Source: Minisyncoccota bacterium
Lineage (GTDB): Bacteria; Patescibacteriota; Minisyncoccia; Phycocordibacterales; UBA9973
Direction of reading: 5' to 3'
Length of the DNA: 64,000 bases
Assembly (NCBI GenBank): GCA_021734995.1
Contig: JAIPHX010000004.1
Location: forward strand, 18,115 to 82,114
How positions within the stretch are numbered: position 1 is the stretch's first letter; every line of letters starts with the position of its first letter. The notes under the pieces were generated by a model. The model did not search any database. It was not told the DNA's origin and was given only the letters and a program-made list of their open reading frames with translations. The translations under genes were made by a program, and so were the position numbers. Positions 20,201 through 27,723 of this stretch are shown in pieces.

Positions 20201-20519
20201 TTTTGCTACTGATGGTACGGCAGATTTTTTAAAGAAAGAAAACATAGAATGTAAAACAATCAAAAAAGCAAAGGAAACTACTCCAAACACTATTAGCCTC
20301 ATAGAATCCAAAGAAGTAGCTTTTGTGATAAACTTAAGCCTAGAAGGTAGCCCTAAAAATTTAAATAACACGGATGGTTTTAGAATCAGGCGAGCGACAG
20401 TGGACAACCAAATTCCATTATTCACTGATTTACATTTAGCCCGAGCATTTATCAAAGCTCTTGCCAAATATGACATAGATGACTTAGAAATTAAAAGCTA
20501 TAAAGAATATTTAGATTAA
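17298..20519 (+). CDS. carB: Carbamoyl-phosphate synthase large subunit
   Basis: GSGALKIGEAGEFDYSG, duplicated ATP-grasp domains, C-terminal MGS domain; likely start ATG 17298. Confidence 0.97.
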   Translation: MNTNKKYKKIIVLGSGALKIGEAGEFDYSGSQAIKALKEEKIKVVLVNPNIATFQTSKNLADEVYFLPVNPYFVEKIIKKEKPDGIMLSFGGQTALNCGLALEKKGILKKYKVEVLGSPVLSIELTEDREKFARHLDKIGIPVPPSKSAVTLKEAKISAETIGFPVMIRAAFALGGQKSGVAHNQKELEEIVQGALAISPQVLIEKYLHHFKEIEYEVVRDKHGNVVTVCNMENLDPLGIHTGDSIVVAPSQTLNNEEYHGLREASRKIVDSLKIVGECNVQYALNPNPTKNPDGSIRRLEYYVIEVNARLSRSSALASKATGYPLAYVAAKLALGKGMVEIENKITKKTKSFFEPALDYIVVKMPRWDLDKFKNAEEKIGSAMKSVGEVMSIGRTFEEAFQKAIRMQTGQKESVTDNGFKNEMEMKKFLSFPSPRRIFAVASALQKGMSAEKIHSITGIDMWFLERIANITNTENKLIKNKKLTKENLLLLKENGFSDKKIGQVVGKTEFEIRKTRKKLGIFPSIFAIDTLAGEFPAQTNYLYLTYHGNHNDVESIGKEGIVVLGSGPYHIGSSVEFDWSCVHATLALKKYNKKSIVINCNPETVSTDYDMSDRLYFENLSFETVADIFEFEKAEGLIISVGGQRPNNLAKKLSKEKFKLFGTEAENIDRAEDRNLFSALLDKLKIDQPEWQSFNSMKEAMTFVDKVGFPVLVRPSYVLSGSAMRVCYGTKELKDFVGKASVLSPEYPVTISKYIENAKELEFDAVAQNGELVVYGISEHIENAGVHSGDATIVYPTQRVYASTEYQLRETAKKIASELKIAGPFNIQFLFKDNKPYVIEVNVRASRTFPFLSKAMNVDFPEMAIDSFFGKAKKHKFIYPKSVLVKSSQFSFSRLLGADPILRVEMSSTGEVACFGKDYDEALLKSIMSANFLDFNKKSVLLSLGGDLNKVKFLESAQTLLDLGYTIFATDGTADFLKKENIECKTIKKAKETTPNTISLIESKEVAFVINLSLEGSPKNLNNTDGFRIRRATVDNQIPLFTDLHLARAFIKALAKYDIDDLEIKSYKEYLD

Positions 20520-20550
20520 ATATTATTAAATTAAAATCAAAAAAAACAAA

Positions 20551-21468
20551 ATGCAACATATTATTTCTTCAAAAGAATTATCCAAAGATAAAATAGAATC
20601 CATTCTCAATAGATCTAAAGAAATGGAAGAAGCCTGCAAAAAAGGTACTGTAGAGCCAATATTGAAAGACAAAATAGTGGCTTGTATTTTTTTTGAACCT
20701 TCTACTCGCACAAGATTATCTTTTGAAACCGCCTCTCTCAAACTTGGAGCACAGGTAATTTCTGCAGAAAATGCTGAGACAAATTCTTCTGCTTACAAAG
20801 GAGAAACTATTGAAGATACTACTAAGATTTTAAGCTCTTATGCCGATATAATCGTAATAAGACATCATACAGCAGGCATGCTTCTTCGTGCCTCTAAAGT
20901 ATCCAATAAACCTGTTATAAACGCAGGAGACGGGGCAAACGAACACCCTTCTCAAGCATTACTTGATCTATATACCATTCAAAAAGAACATGGTCGTCTA
21001 GACAATCTTACTATCGCTTTTGGGGGAGATCTCACTCATAGTCGCACTCTACATTCTCTTGTGCCATTGCTAACTCTTTACCCCAATAATACTTTTTATT
21101 TTATTTCCCCAAAAGAATTGGCTCTTCCAAAAGAATACACAGATAGCTTACAAAAAAACGGAGTAAACTTTAAAGAGATGAATACTTTAAAAGATGGACT
21201 CAAAGATGCTGATATTTTATATATGACCAGAGTGCAAAAAGAAAGATTTGAAAATGCTGAAGACTATGAAAAAGTAAAAGATTTATTTATTCTAAAAAAA
21301 GAACATTTAGCTGAAATGAAAAAAAATGCAATTATTATGCATCCTTTACCTAAGATAAATGAAATAGAACTAGAAGTGGATAGTGACCCTCGTGCTTCAT
21401 ACTTTCGCCAAGCAGAAAATGGTCTTTATGTCAGGATGGCAATGCTTGAATATGTGTTGAAGGGGTAG
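20551..21468 (+). CDS. pyrB: Aspartate carbamoyltransferase catalytic subunit
   Basis: FFEPSTRTRLSF, NAGDG..EHPSQALLD, TRVQKERF, MHPLP. Confidence 0.97.
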   Translation: MQHIISSKELSKDKIESILNRSKEMEEACKKGTVEPILKDKIVACIFFEPSTRTRLSFETASLKLGAQVISAENAETNSSAYKGETIEDTTKILSSYADIIVIRHHTAGMLLRASKVSNKPVINAGDGANEHPSQALLDLYTIQKEHGRLDNLTIAFGGDLTHSRTLHSLVPLLTLYPNNTFYFISPKELALPKEYTDSLQKNGVNFKEMNTLKDGLKDADILYMTRVQKERFENAEDYEKVKDLFILKKEHLAEMKKNAIIMHPLPKINEIELEVDSDPRASYFRQAENGLYVRMAMLEYVLKG

Positions 21469-21488
21469 AAATAAAAACAGCAAAAACA

Positions 21489-21800
21489 TTATCTAAATGC
21501 CCCTTCTTTTTGCAAAATAGCTTTTTTATTTTCTGCTCCCCTATTATACCCTCCGATTTTACCATCAGATCTTATCACTCTATGGCAAGGGATTTTAGAA
21601 TCATAATTTTTATTTAAAATATTGCCGACTGCTCTAAAGGCTTTTGCCTTACCTGCCATCTTTGCTACTTCTTTATATGTAAGCACTTTACCTTTAGGAA
21701 TTTTTGAGACAACCATCCTCACCTTTTCACCAAATGTCTTTACTTGTGTCTTTTTATTTTTATAGGTATCAATTTTAGTTTGTCTTTTTTTATCTTTCAT
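21489..21800 (-). CDS. MGMT/Ogt-like methylated-DNA-protein-cysteine methyltransferase (C-terminal domain only)
   Basis: IPKGKVLTY, RAVG, IPCHRVI. Confidence 0.9.
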   Translation of the reverse strand: MKDKKRQTKIDTYKNKKTQVKTFGEKVRMVVSKIPKGKVLTYKEVAKMAGKAKAFRAVGNILNKNYDSKIPCHRVIRSDGKIGGYNRGAENKKAILQKEGAFR

Positions 21801-21860
21801 TTTATATATTATACAAAAAAATAAAGGCCTCTGTAACAGAAGCTTTTAGCCTATCTACTC

Positions 21861-22199
21861 CTATCTATAAGCATCAATCTTCACAGCCAAGATAAAATCA
21901 TTCTCGGTAAGCCCTCCCACAGAATGAGTCCAAAGCTCTATCACTACTTTATTGTAATATACATGTATATCAGGATGATGTCCTTCTTCTTCGGCGAGGT
22001 CTGCTACTCTTTCTACAAAATTTATTGCTCCGATAAAATCTTTAAAAACAAACTCCTTAGAAATTTTTTTTAAATCTACATCAATACCCCATCCAAAAGC
22101 TTCTTCCATATAATCTTCTAAATCCTTTCCAGACAAAGCTTTGATACTTTTATCTTTACAAGGGACACATTTCTTTTTTATTAAATCAGATTTTGACAT
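21861..22199 (-). CDS. Pterin-4-alpha-carbinolamine dehydratase
   Basis: AEEEGHHPDI...WTHSVGGLTENDFILA; likely start MSKSD. Confidence 0.92.
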   Translation of the reverse strand: MSKSDLIKKKCVPCKDKSIKALSGKDLEDYMEEAFGWGIDVDLKKISKEFVFKDFIGAINFVERVADLAEEEGHHPDIHVYYNKVVIELWTHSVGGLTENDFILAVKIDAYR

Positions 22200-22289
22200 A
22201 TTGAAATTATAACACAAAAAAACTTTTTAAAAACAAAGAAATATGTACCATTTATTTGCTTTTTTATTTATATTATATATAATGAAATT

Positions 22290-22345
22290 ACAGTGGCTTC
22301 GGCCTCCGAGATTGATCCGCCCAAAAGCGGATCTTTCGTTTTGTA
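22290..22345 (+). ncRNA. Candidate ~55-nt structured small RNA convergent with MazF-like toxin
   Basis: TTGCTT-N16-TATAAT promoter (22256-22283); GGC-TTCG-GCC and GATCCGC-ccaaaa-GCGGATC hairpins followed by a T-rich tail. Confidence 0.5.
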
Positions 22346-22729
22346 CTAAATTAAATTCTTTACTCTTTTCTTTATATTTAGAAATTCATCTAAATTAATT
22401 GTATTAATTTTTCTTAATAATCTTTTTGCATCTAAAACCCGTATTTGATCTAACAAAACGTAATGTTTACTTATTCCATCACTTAATTCATGTTGATATT
22501 TAGGTAATCTTTGTTTAGTAGTTATTGGTAAACAAATAAATGTTTCAAAACTTAATTTTTTCAAAATAACAACAGGACGTTCAAAACTTTTACCTTTGCC
22601 ATTTTGTTCTCTGCCTATATTAATCCCAAGAGAAGACCACCATACTTCTCTTTCTAAGAAGAGAAGTATAACATTTTTATTGTCTATTTTTTTCTTTATT
22701 GTGTTCCACTCACCAAAATTTTTTTGCAT
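22346..22729 (-). CDS. PemK/MazF-like toxin
   Basis: EREVWWSSLGINIGREQNG...RPVVIL...LPITT...LDQIRVLDAKRL. Confidence 0.85.
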   Translation of the reverse strand: MQKNFGEWNTIKKKIDNKNVILLFLEREVWWSSLGINIGREQNGKGKSFERPVVILKKLSFETFICLPITTKQRLPKYQHELSDGISKHYVLLDQIRVLDAKRLLRKINTINLDEFLNIKKRVKNLI

Positions 22730-22800
22730 TTTAAAATGCTATAAAATAAAGATAAATTTTAAATAAACTTTATTTAAAAAAATCTTAGCAAAAAAATTCA

Positions 22801-24216
22801 CTATTTCCCCATTTTAATATTTAATTCTTTTAGTTGTTTTTCTGATATATCAGAAGGAGAATCCATCATCAAGTCTTTCCCTTCTCCTGTCTTTGGAAAA
22901 GCAATCACTTCTCTGATATTTGGCTCATTTTGAAGCAACATTATAAATCTATCAAAACCCCAAGCAATTCCACCATGAGGAGGACATCCAGATCCGAGTG
23001 CTTTGATCATATGACCAAAATTCTTTTCTACTACTTCTTGTTCATAACCCATTATTTCAAATACTTTTTCCAGTGCTTCCGGTTCGTGATTTCTAATACT
23101 TCCACCTCCTATCTCGCTTCCATTTAAGACAATGTCATATTGAGTAGTCAAAATATCACCAATGTCTTTTTTATCCATAAGCATAGCCATGTGTTCATCT
23201 TGTGGGCGAGAAAAAGGATTGTGTGTAAAAGTCCATTCTCCACTAGTATCTACGTTGTCTGATTTGTCTGTTCTTTCAAAAAATGGAAAATCCACCACCC
23301 AACAAAAAGCCAAGAGATTTGGATTGTTTTTATCTTTTCTAATATCTGGTCTATCTGTGCCGTATTTTTCCATTGATTCTTTGTAAGTAATACGAGGAAA
23401 AGGAATTTCTTGTATTTCTTTTTCTGAATAAATATTTTTTACTACATTGATCAACAGCTCTTCGTTTAGGTTCATCACATCTTCTCTATCTACAAAACTC
23501 ATTTCCATGTCTATTTGTGTAAATTCTGGCTGTCTGTCCCCTCTAGTGTCTTCATCTCGCATACATTTTGCAACTTGAAAATACCTCTCAGCCCCCGAAG
23601 CCATAAGGAGTTGTTTGTATTGCTGTGGGGACTGTGGTAGAGCATAAAACTTCCCTTGCCAAATCCTAGAAGGCACTACATAGTCTCTTGCTCCCTCAGG
23701 AGTGGATTTTGTAAGTATTGGAGTTTCTACTTCAATAAAAGACTTCTTGTCCAAAAAATCACGAATAAATTTTACTACCTTGTGTCTATTGCGAATATTC
23801 TTTTGCATTCTATCTCTTCGTAAATCAAGAAAGCGGTATTTCAATCTATTTTCTTCTCCAATTTCATATCCTTCAGACACTACATCAAAGGCAGGAGTTT
23901 CTGCTTTGTTTAATACTTCTATCTCCAATACTTCCAGTTCTATATCTCCATTTACTACTCCTTCTTTTATATTCTTTTCAGGTCTTTTATTCACCAACCC
24001 TTTTATATTTAAAACCCACTCTGGACGAATATCTTTTGCTTTTTCAATAGCTTGCTCTCTAGAAGGTAGGGCCACACATTGCACATACCCAGTCATATCT
24101 CTCATATCAAAAAAGACCATTTTACCCTGATCTCTACGCACATTTACCCAGCCAGCAATATGCACTTCTTGACCAGCATATTGGCTTAAATCTTTTATAT
24201 ATATTCTTTCTTTCAT
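22801..24216 (-). CDS. aspS: Aspartate--tRNA ligase (short form lacking GAD insertion)
   Basis: OB-fold GWV..RRD.G, STPEGARDY, LPQSPQ, PPHGGIAWGFDR. Confidence 0.95.
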   Translation of the reverse strand: MKERIYIKDLSQYAGQEVHIAGWVNVRRDQGKMVFFDMRDMTGYVQCVALPSREQAIEKAKDIRPEWVLNIKGLVNKRPEKNIKEGVVNGDIELEVLEIEVLNKAETPAFDVVSEGYEIGEENRLKYRFLDLRRDRMQKNIRNRHKVVKFIRDFLDKKSFIEVETPILTKSTPEGARDYVVPSRIWQGKFYALPQSPQQYKQLLMASGAERYFQVAKCMRDEDTRGDRQPEFTQIDMEMSFVDREDVMNLNEELLINVVKNIYSEKEIQEIPFPRITYKESMEKYGTDRPDIRKDKNNPNLLAFCWVVDFPFFERTDKSDNVDTSGEWTFTHNPFSRPQDEHMAMLMDKKDIGDILTTQYDIVLNGSEIGGGSIRNHEPEALEKVFEIMGYEQEVVEKNFGHMIKALGSGCPPHGGIAWGFDRFIMLLQNEPNIREVIAFPKTGEGKDLMMDSPSDISEKQLKELNIKMGK

Positions 24217-24239
24217 ATCAATATATTAGCATAAATCCT

Positions 24240-25259
24240 CTACTTTTCGCTATGCCACAAAGCTGTGACGGAATTCCCATTATGTAAATTGTCAATTACT
24301 TGAGCAATCAGTTTTGAAGTAGAGATAACTTCTAAGTTTTTTAATTTTTTTATTTTTTCTTGATCAAGACAAGAATCCGTCAGCCAAACACCTGAGAATT
24401 CAGCATTGTTTAGATTATCTAATGCATCTCCTGATAAGATGGCGTGTGTAGCTGTAAAATATACTTCCTTTGCTCCATTTTCTTTAAGAGCTTTTAAGCA
24501 ATTTACTGCTGTGCCACAAGTATCAGCAATGTCGTCAGGCATAATACATATATATCCCTTAGGGTCACCAATCACTTCCATTATTTGATTGTGATTAGAT
24601 TTTTTATAATCTCGTAATTTATTCAAAATGACAATATTACCAGGAATGCCAAGTGCCCCCGCAATCTTTCTAGTAGATGGAGCAGCTCCAAGGTCGGGAG
24701 AAACAATCATTACTTTATCTAAATCAAATTTCTTTTTTCTTATCTGTGTTAAAAGTAAATCTGTGGTATCAACATCAACAATTGGAATAGACATAGAGTG
24801 GGCATTGTAGCTACTTGGGTTATGAAGCTTCAGCACTACGATCCTATTGGCTCCAGCCATTTGTAACTGCATTGGTACTTTTTGTGATAATACTGGCTCA
24901 CGATGATTGGTAGATCTATCTTGTCGCGCATAAGGAAGGCAGGGCATTATCACGGTGATCCTTGATGGCTCTCCTTGTTTTAATCCAAAGATTAAAGAAA
25001 CACATTCATCCAAGTCATAAGCGAGTTCTTCTTTGCTACCATACCTTGGTTGACATATTACATAGACATCTCTATCACGCACAGACTCAGTATGATGTAT
25101 CAAGAATTCTCCATTTTTAAAAGACTTATACAAAACAGGTGAAATTGGCGTCTTTAAAAGCTTTGATATCTTTTCTGCTAAATTTGTATGCGTGCCGTTA
25201 GAAAGTGAATATATTCTTAAAGGATACGGGTTTACATTGATGTGGTTGTTGTTTTTCAT
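24240..25259 (-). CDS. prs: Ribose-phosphate pyrophosphokinase
   Basis: F.NGE, PYARQDR, VSPDLGA, DDIADTCGT, ATHAILS. Confidence 0.93.
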   Translation of the reverse strand: MKNNNHINVNPYPLRIYSLSNGTHTNLAEKISKLLKTPISPVLYKSFKNGEFLIHHTESVRDRDVYVICQPRYGSKEELAYDLDECVSLIFGLKQGEPSRITVIMPCLPYARQDRSTNHREPVLSQKVPMQLQMAGANRIVVLKLHNPSSYNAHSMSIPIVDVDTTDLLLTQIRKKKFDLDKVMIVSPDLGAAPSTRKIAGALGIPGNIVILNKLRDYKKSNHNQIMEVIGDPKGYICIMPDDIADTCGTAVNCLKALKENGAKEVYFTATHAILSGDALDNLNNAEFSGVWLTDSCLDQEKIKKLKNLEVISTSKLIAQVIDNLHNGNSVTALWHSEK

Positions 25260-25293
25260 GATGAGTAGATTTTAACATAAAAAAGATTAAATT

Positions 25294-25327
25294 AAAAAAA
25301 AGGGCGGGTGCTATAAAGCACCCGCCC
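25294..25327 (-). terminator. Strong intrinsic terminator upstream of prs
   Basis: GGGCGGGTGCT-ttat-AGCACCCGCCC followed by T8 on the minus strand. Confidence 0.8.
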
Positions 25328-25709
25328 ACGAATGGAGGCCATTTTGTAAACATGGCAAACTCCTTTCTTGTTTATTAAAAAACCTTCTCTCCTTTCTTCC
25401 CTTTCGGGCAGGAGACCAATCTCATTCATTTATTTAAGAGACTGGTATATATATTTAACTATTTAAATATATATACCAAACTCCAACCCTCCCTACAAAA
25501 CAAAAATCCCCATTCTTTTTGGGGCTTTAGTCTTAATTCTATATATTTTTTATCTTACATTTTGATTGATCTATATATACAATTAAAACTGCCCCTTCTT
25601 AATAAAGGGAAAAATAATGTTCTTAATTGTTATATTGAAAGCAACCATATCAATATGGTATCTAATATTTTCCAAAAAGCAACCTAGAATTGTGGAAAAC
25701 TAAAAAGTA

Positions 25710-26339
25710 TTAATTAATATTATCTTTTATGTATAGATCAGTTATTTTCTGTATTTCTTTTTTTATATCTTTCCAATCTGTTTTTATAATATAAATCGGC
25801 TCCACATCATCTTCTGCATCATTAAAATATACAAGACTTTTTAAAATGTACATAAGATTATATCCATAGCTAGCATATTTTTCTTTAAAAAAATTCAATA
25901 TATCTTGAATAGAATATCTTTTTAAAAGAAAATATAAATCTACAAAGTCTTTCTTGCTTCCTCTGTTTGATATAGCTAGTATTTTCATGGCAGAGATATC
26001 GCGTTCGTCAGCTATTTTTAGTCCTTCAAAATCTTTTTTCTCAAACAATAAATTTACAGGTGTTTTAAAAAAACTAATTTTCACACCATCTAGACTTCCA
26101 TTAAAAGTATCTTCTTTTGTTTCCTCAATTTCAAGCTTACCAAGTAATTTCAAACTTTGAATTAATCTTTCGGTTTCAAATTCTTTATTTGTGAAAAAAT
26201 CTAAATCAATGGATATCCTATGACCTAATTGCAAAGAAAGTCCTGTCCCACCAGCAAGACAAAAATCAAATACTGTTACTGTATTCTTTAACAAATGAAA
26301 AACCTTATTTGTTTTTTCATCTAAAGTTTCAATATACAT
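25710..26339 (-). CDS. AbiEii/AbiGii nucleotidyltransferase toxin
   Basis: LAGGTGLSLQLGHRISIDLDFF, AMKILAISNRG.KKDFVD. Confidence 0.92.
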   Translation of the reverse strand: MYIETLDEKTNKVFHLLKNTVTVFDFCLAGGTGLSLQLGHRISIDLDFFTNKEFETERLIQSLKLLGKLEIEETKEDTFNGSLDGVKISFFKTPVNLLFEKKDFEGLKIADERDISAMKILAISNRGSKKDFVDLYFLLKRYSIQDILNFFKEKYASYGYNLMYILKSLVYFNDAEDDVEPIYIIKTDWKDIKKEIQKITDLYIKDNIN

Positions 26340-26345
26340 TTTAAT

Positions 26346-26573
26346 TTAGTTAATATTATAATAATGCTCCCAGAAATTTTTTGAGCGAGACCCTAAAACC
26401 CTTGAATTAATTAAAGTATCTTTGACATCATCTTGGGAATATTCTTTGTGCATCCATTGAATTTCTTCTTGATTACCAAAATCAAGAATACGTTCTATAA
26501 CATACTTCTTATTTTTTTTAAAATCTATTTTTGATATATCTGTATCCCAAAACAAAGTAGCTCTAAGTTCCAT
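26346..26573 (-). CDS. Small DUF6922-like protein, probable antitoxin partner
   Basis: LFWD.D...D......YVIERILDFG...W motif directly upstream of AbiEii. Confidence 0.8.
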   Translation of the reverse strand: MELRATLFWDTDISKIDFKKNKKYVIERILDFGNQEEIQWMHKEYSQDDVKDTLINSRVLGSRSKNFWEHYYNIN

Positions 26574-26635
26574 ATAGTATATATTATAACATATTTTTGA
26601 TTAAAAATAAAGCAAAATAAGGCCAATAAATCCAA

Positions 26636-27580
26636 CTATTTTACCCCTAAATTGCTTTTTATCTCATTTAGTTTTTTATCAGCCACTTCTTTTGCTTTTT
26701 TGCTTCCTTCTTCTAATATTTTTAAAACTTCAGCTTCATTTTTGGCCAATTCTTTTCTTCTTTCTCTCATTGGGGCAATAAACTTTTCCAAATCTTCCAC
26801 CAGTAATTCTTTTAATTCTTTATACTTCCCTGCTTTACTTTCATACAAAGGCAAGAGTTCAGAAGCTGAGCGGAAAAGTTTGTGTATAGCATACACATTT
26901 TCTGGAATACCCGAGCTAGAATCCGTCACAATACTCATCACACATTTTTTTATCTCTTCATATTCAGCAAAAAGTGGAATAGTATTTCCATAACTTTTAG
27001 ACATCTTTTTTCCATCAGTCCCTAATACTGTATCCATATCTTTTATCATCATCGGCTCTGGTAATTTAAAAGTATCACCAAAAATGTTATTAAACTTCAA
27101 AGCTGTATCTCTAGCTATCTCTACGTGTTGCTTTTGGTCTTTTCCTACAGGCACAATATCGGGCTCATAAAGCAATATATCTGCGGACATTAACATTGGG
27201 TAATTGAAAGTCCCCACACAGATCTCTTTGTTTTTTGCTTCTGCATCTTTAAAAGCATGCGCTCGCATTAGGTATGGCATTGTAGTAATCGTATCAAAAA
27301 TCCAAGCAAGCTCAGTGTGTGCTGACACATCTGACTGTTTAAAAATGACAGTCTTTTTTGGATCCAATCCTATTGCCAAATAGTCCAGCAATAAATTGTA
27401 GGTATTTTTTTTCATCTCTTTCTTGTCTTGGATAAAATTCAAAGCATGATAATCCGCTATCATTGCATAAAAATGATAATTATCTTGCATTTCTACAAAT
27501 TGCTTCATTGCTCCAAAATAATTGCCAATATGTGGAACCCCTGTAGGTTTTACCCCTGATAATGCTATTTTCTTAGACAT
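26636..27580 (-). CDS. trpS: Tryptophan--tRNA ligase
   Basis: PTG.PHIGNYFG, VPVGKDQKQH, KMSKS. Confidence 0.97.
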   Translation of the reverse strand: MSKKIALSGVKPTGVPHIGNYFGAMKQFVEMQDNYHFYAMIADYHALNFIQDKKEMKKNTYNLLLDYLAIGLDPKKTVIFKQSDVSAHTELAWIFDTITTMPYLMRAHAFKDAEAKNKEICVGTFNYPMLMSADILLYEPDIVPVGKDQKQHVEIARDTALKFNNIFGDTFKLPEPMMIKDMDTVLGTDGKKMSKSYGNTIPLFAEYEEIKKCVMSIVTDSSSGIPENVYAIHKLFRSASELLPLYESKAGKYKELKELLVEDLEKFIAPMRERRKELAKNEAEVLKILEEGSKKAKEVADKKLNEIKSNLGVK

Positions 27581-27723
27581 ATCAAAATTATATCATAAAT
27601 CAATATTTTGTATCTACCCCCTATCTTGCAGAAAATATCAAAAATCTTTATCCACATCTTAGTCACAGCTTAAACCACTTTTTGTTTTTATGTCTTTTTG
27701 CATATCATGTTAGAATGTTTCTA

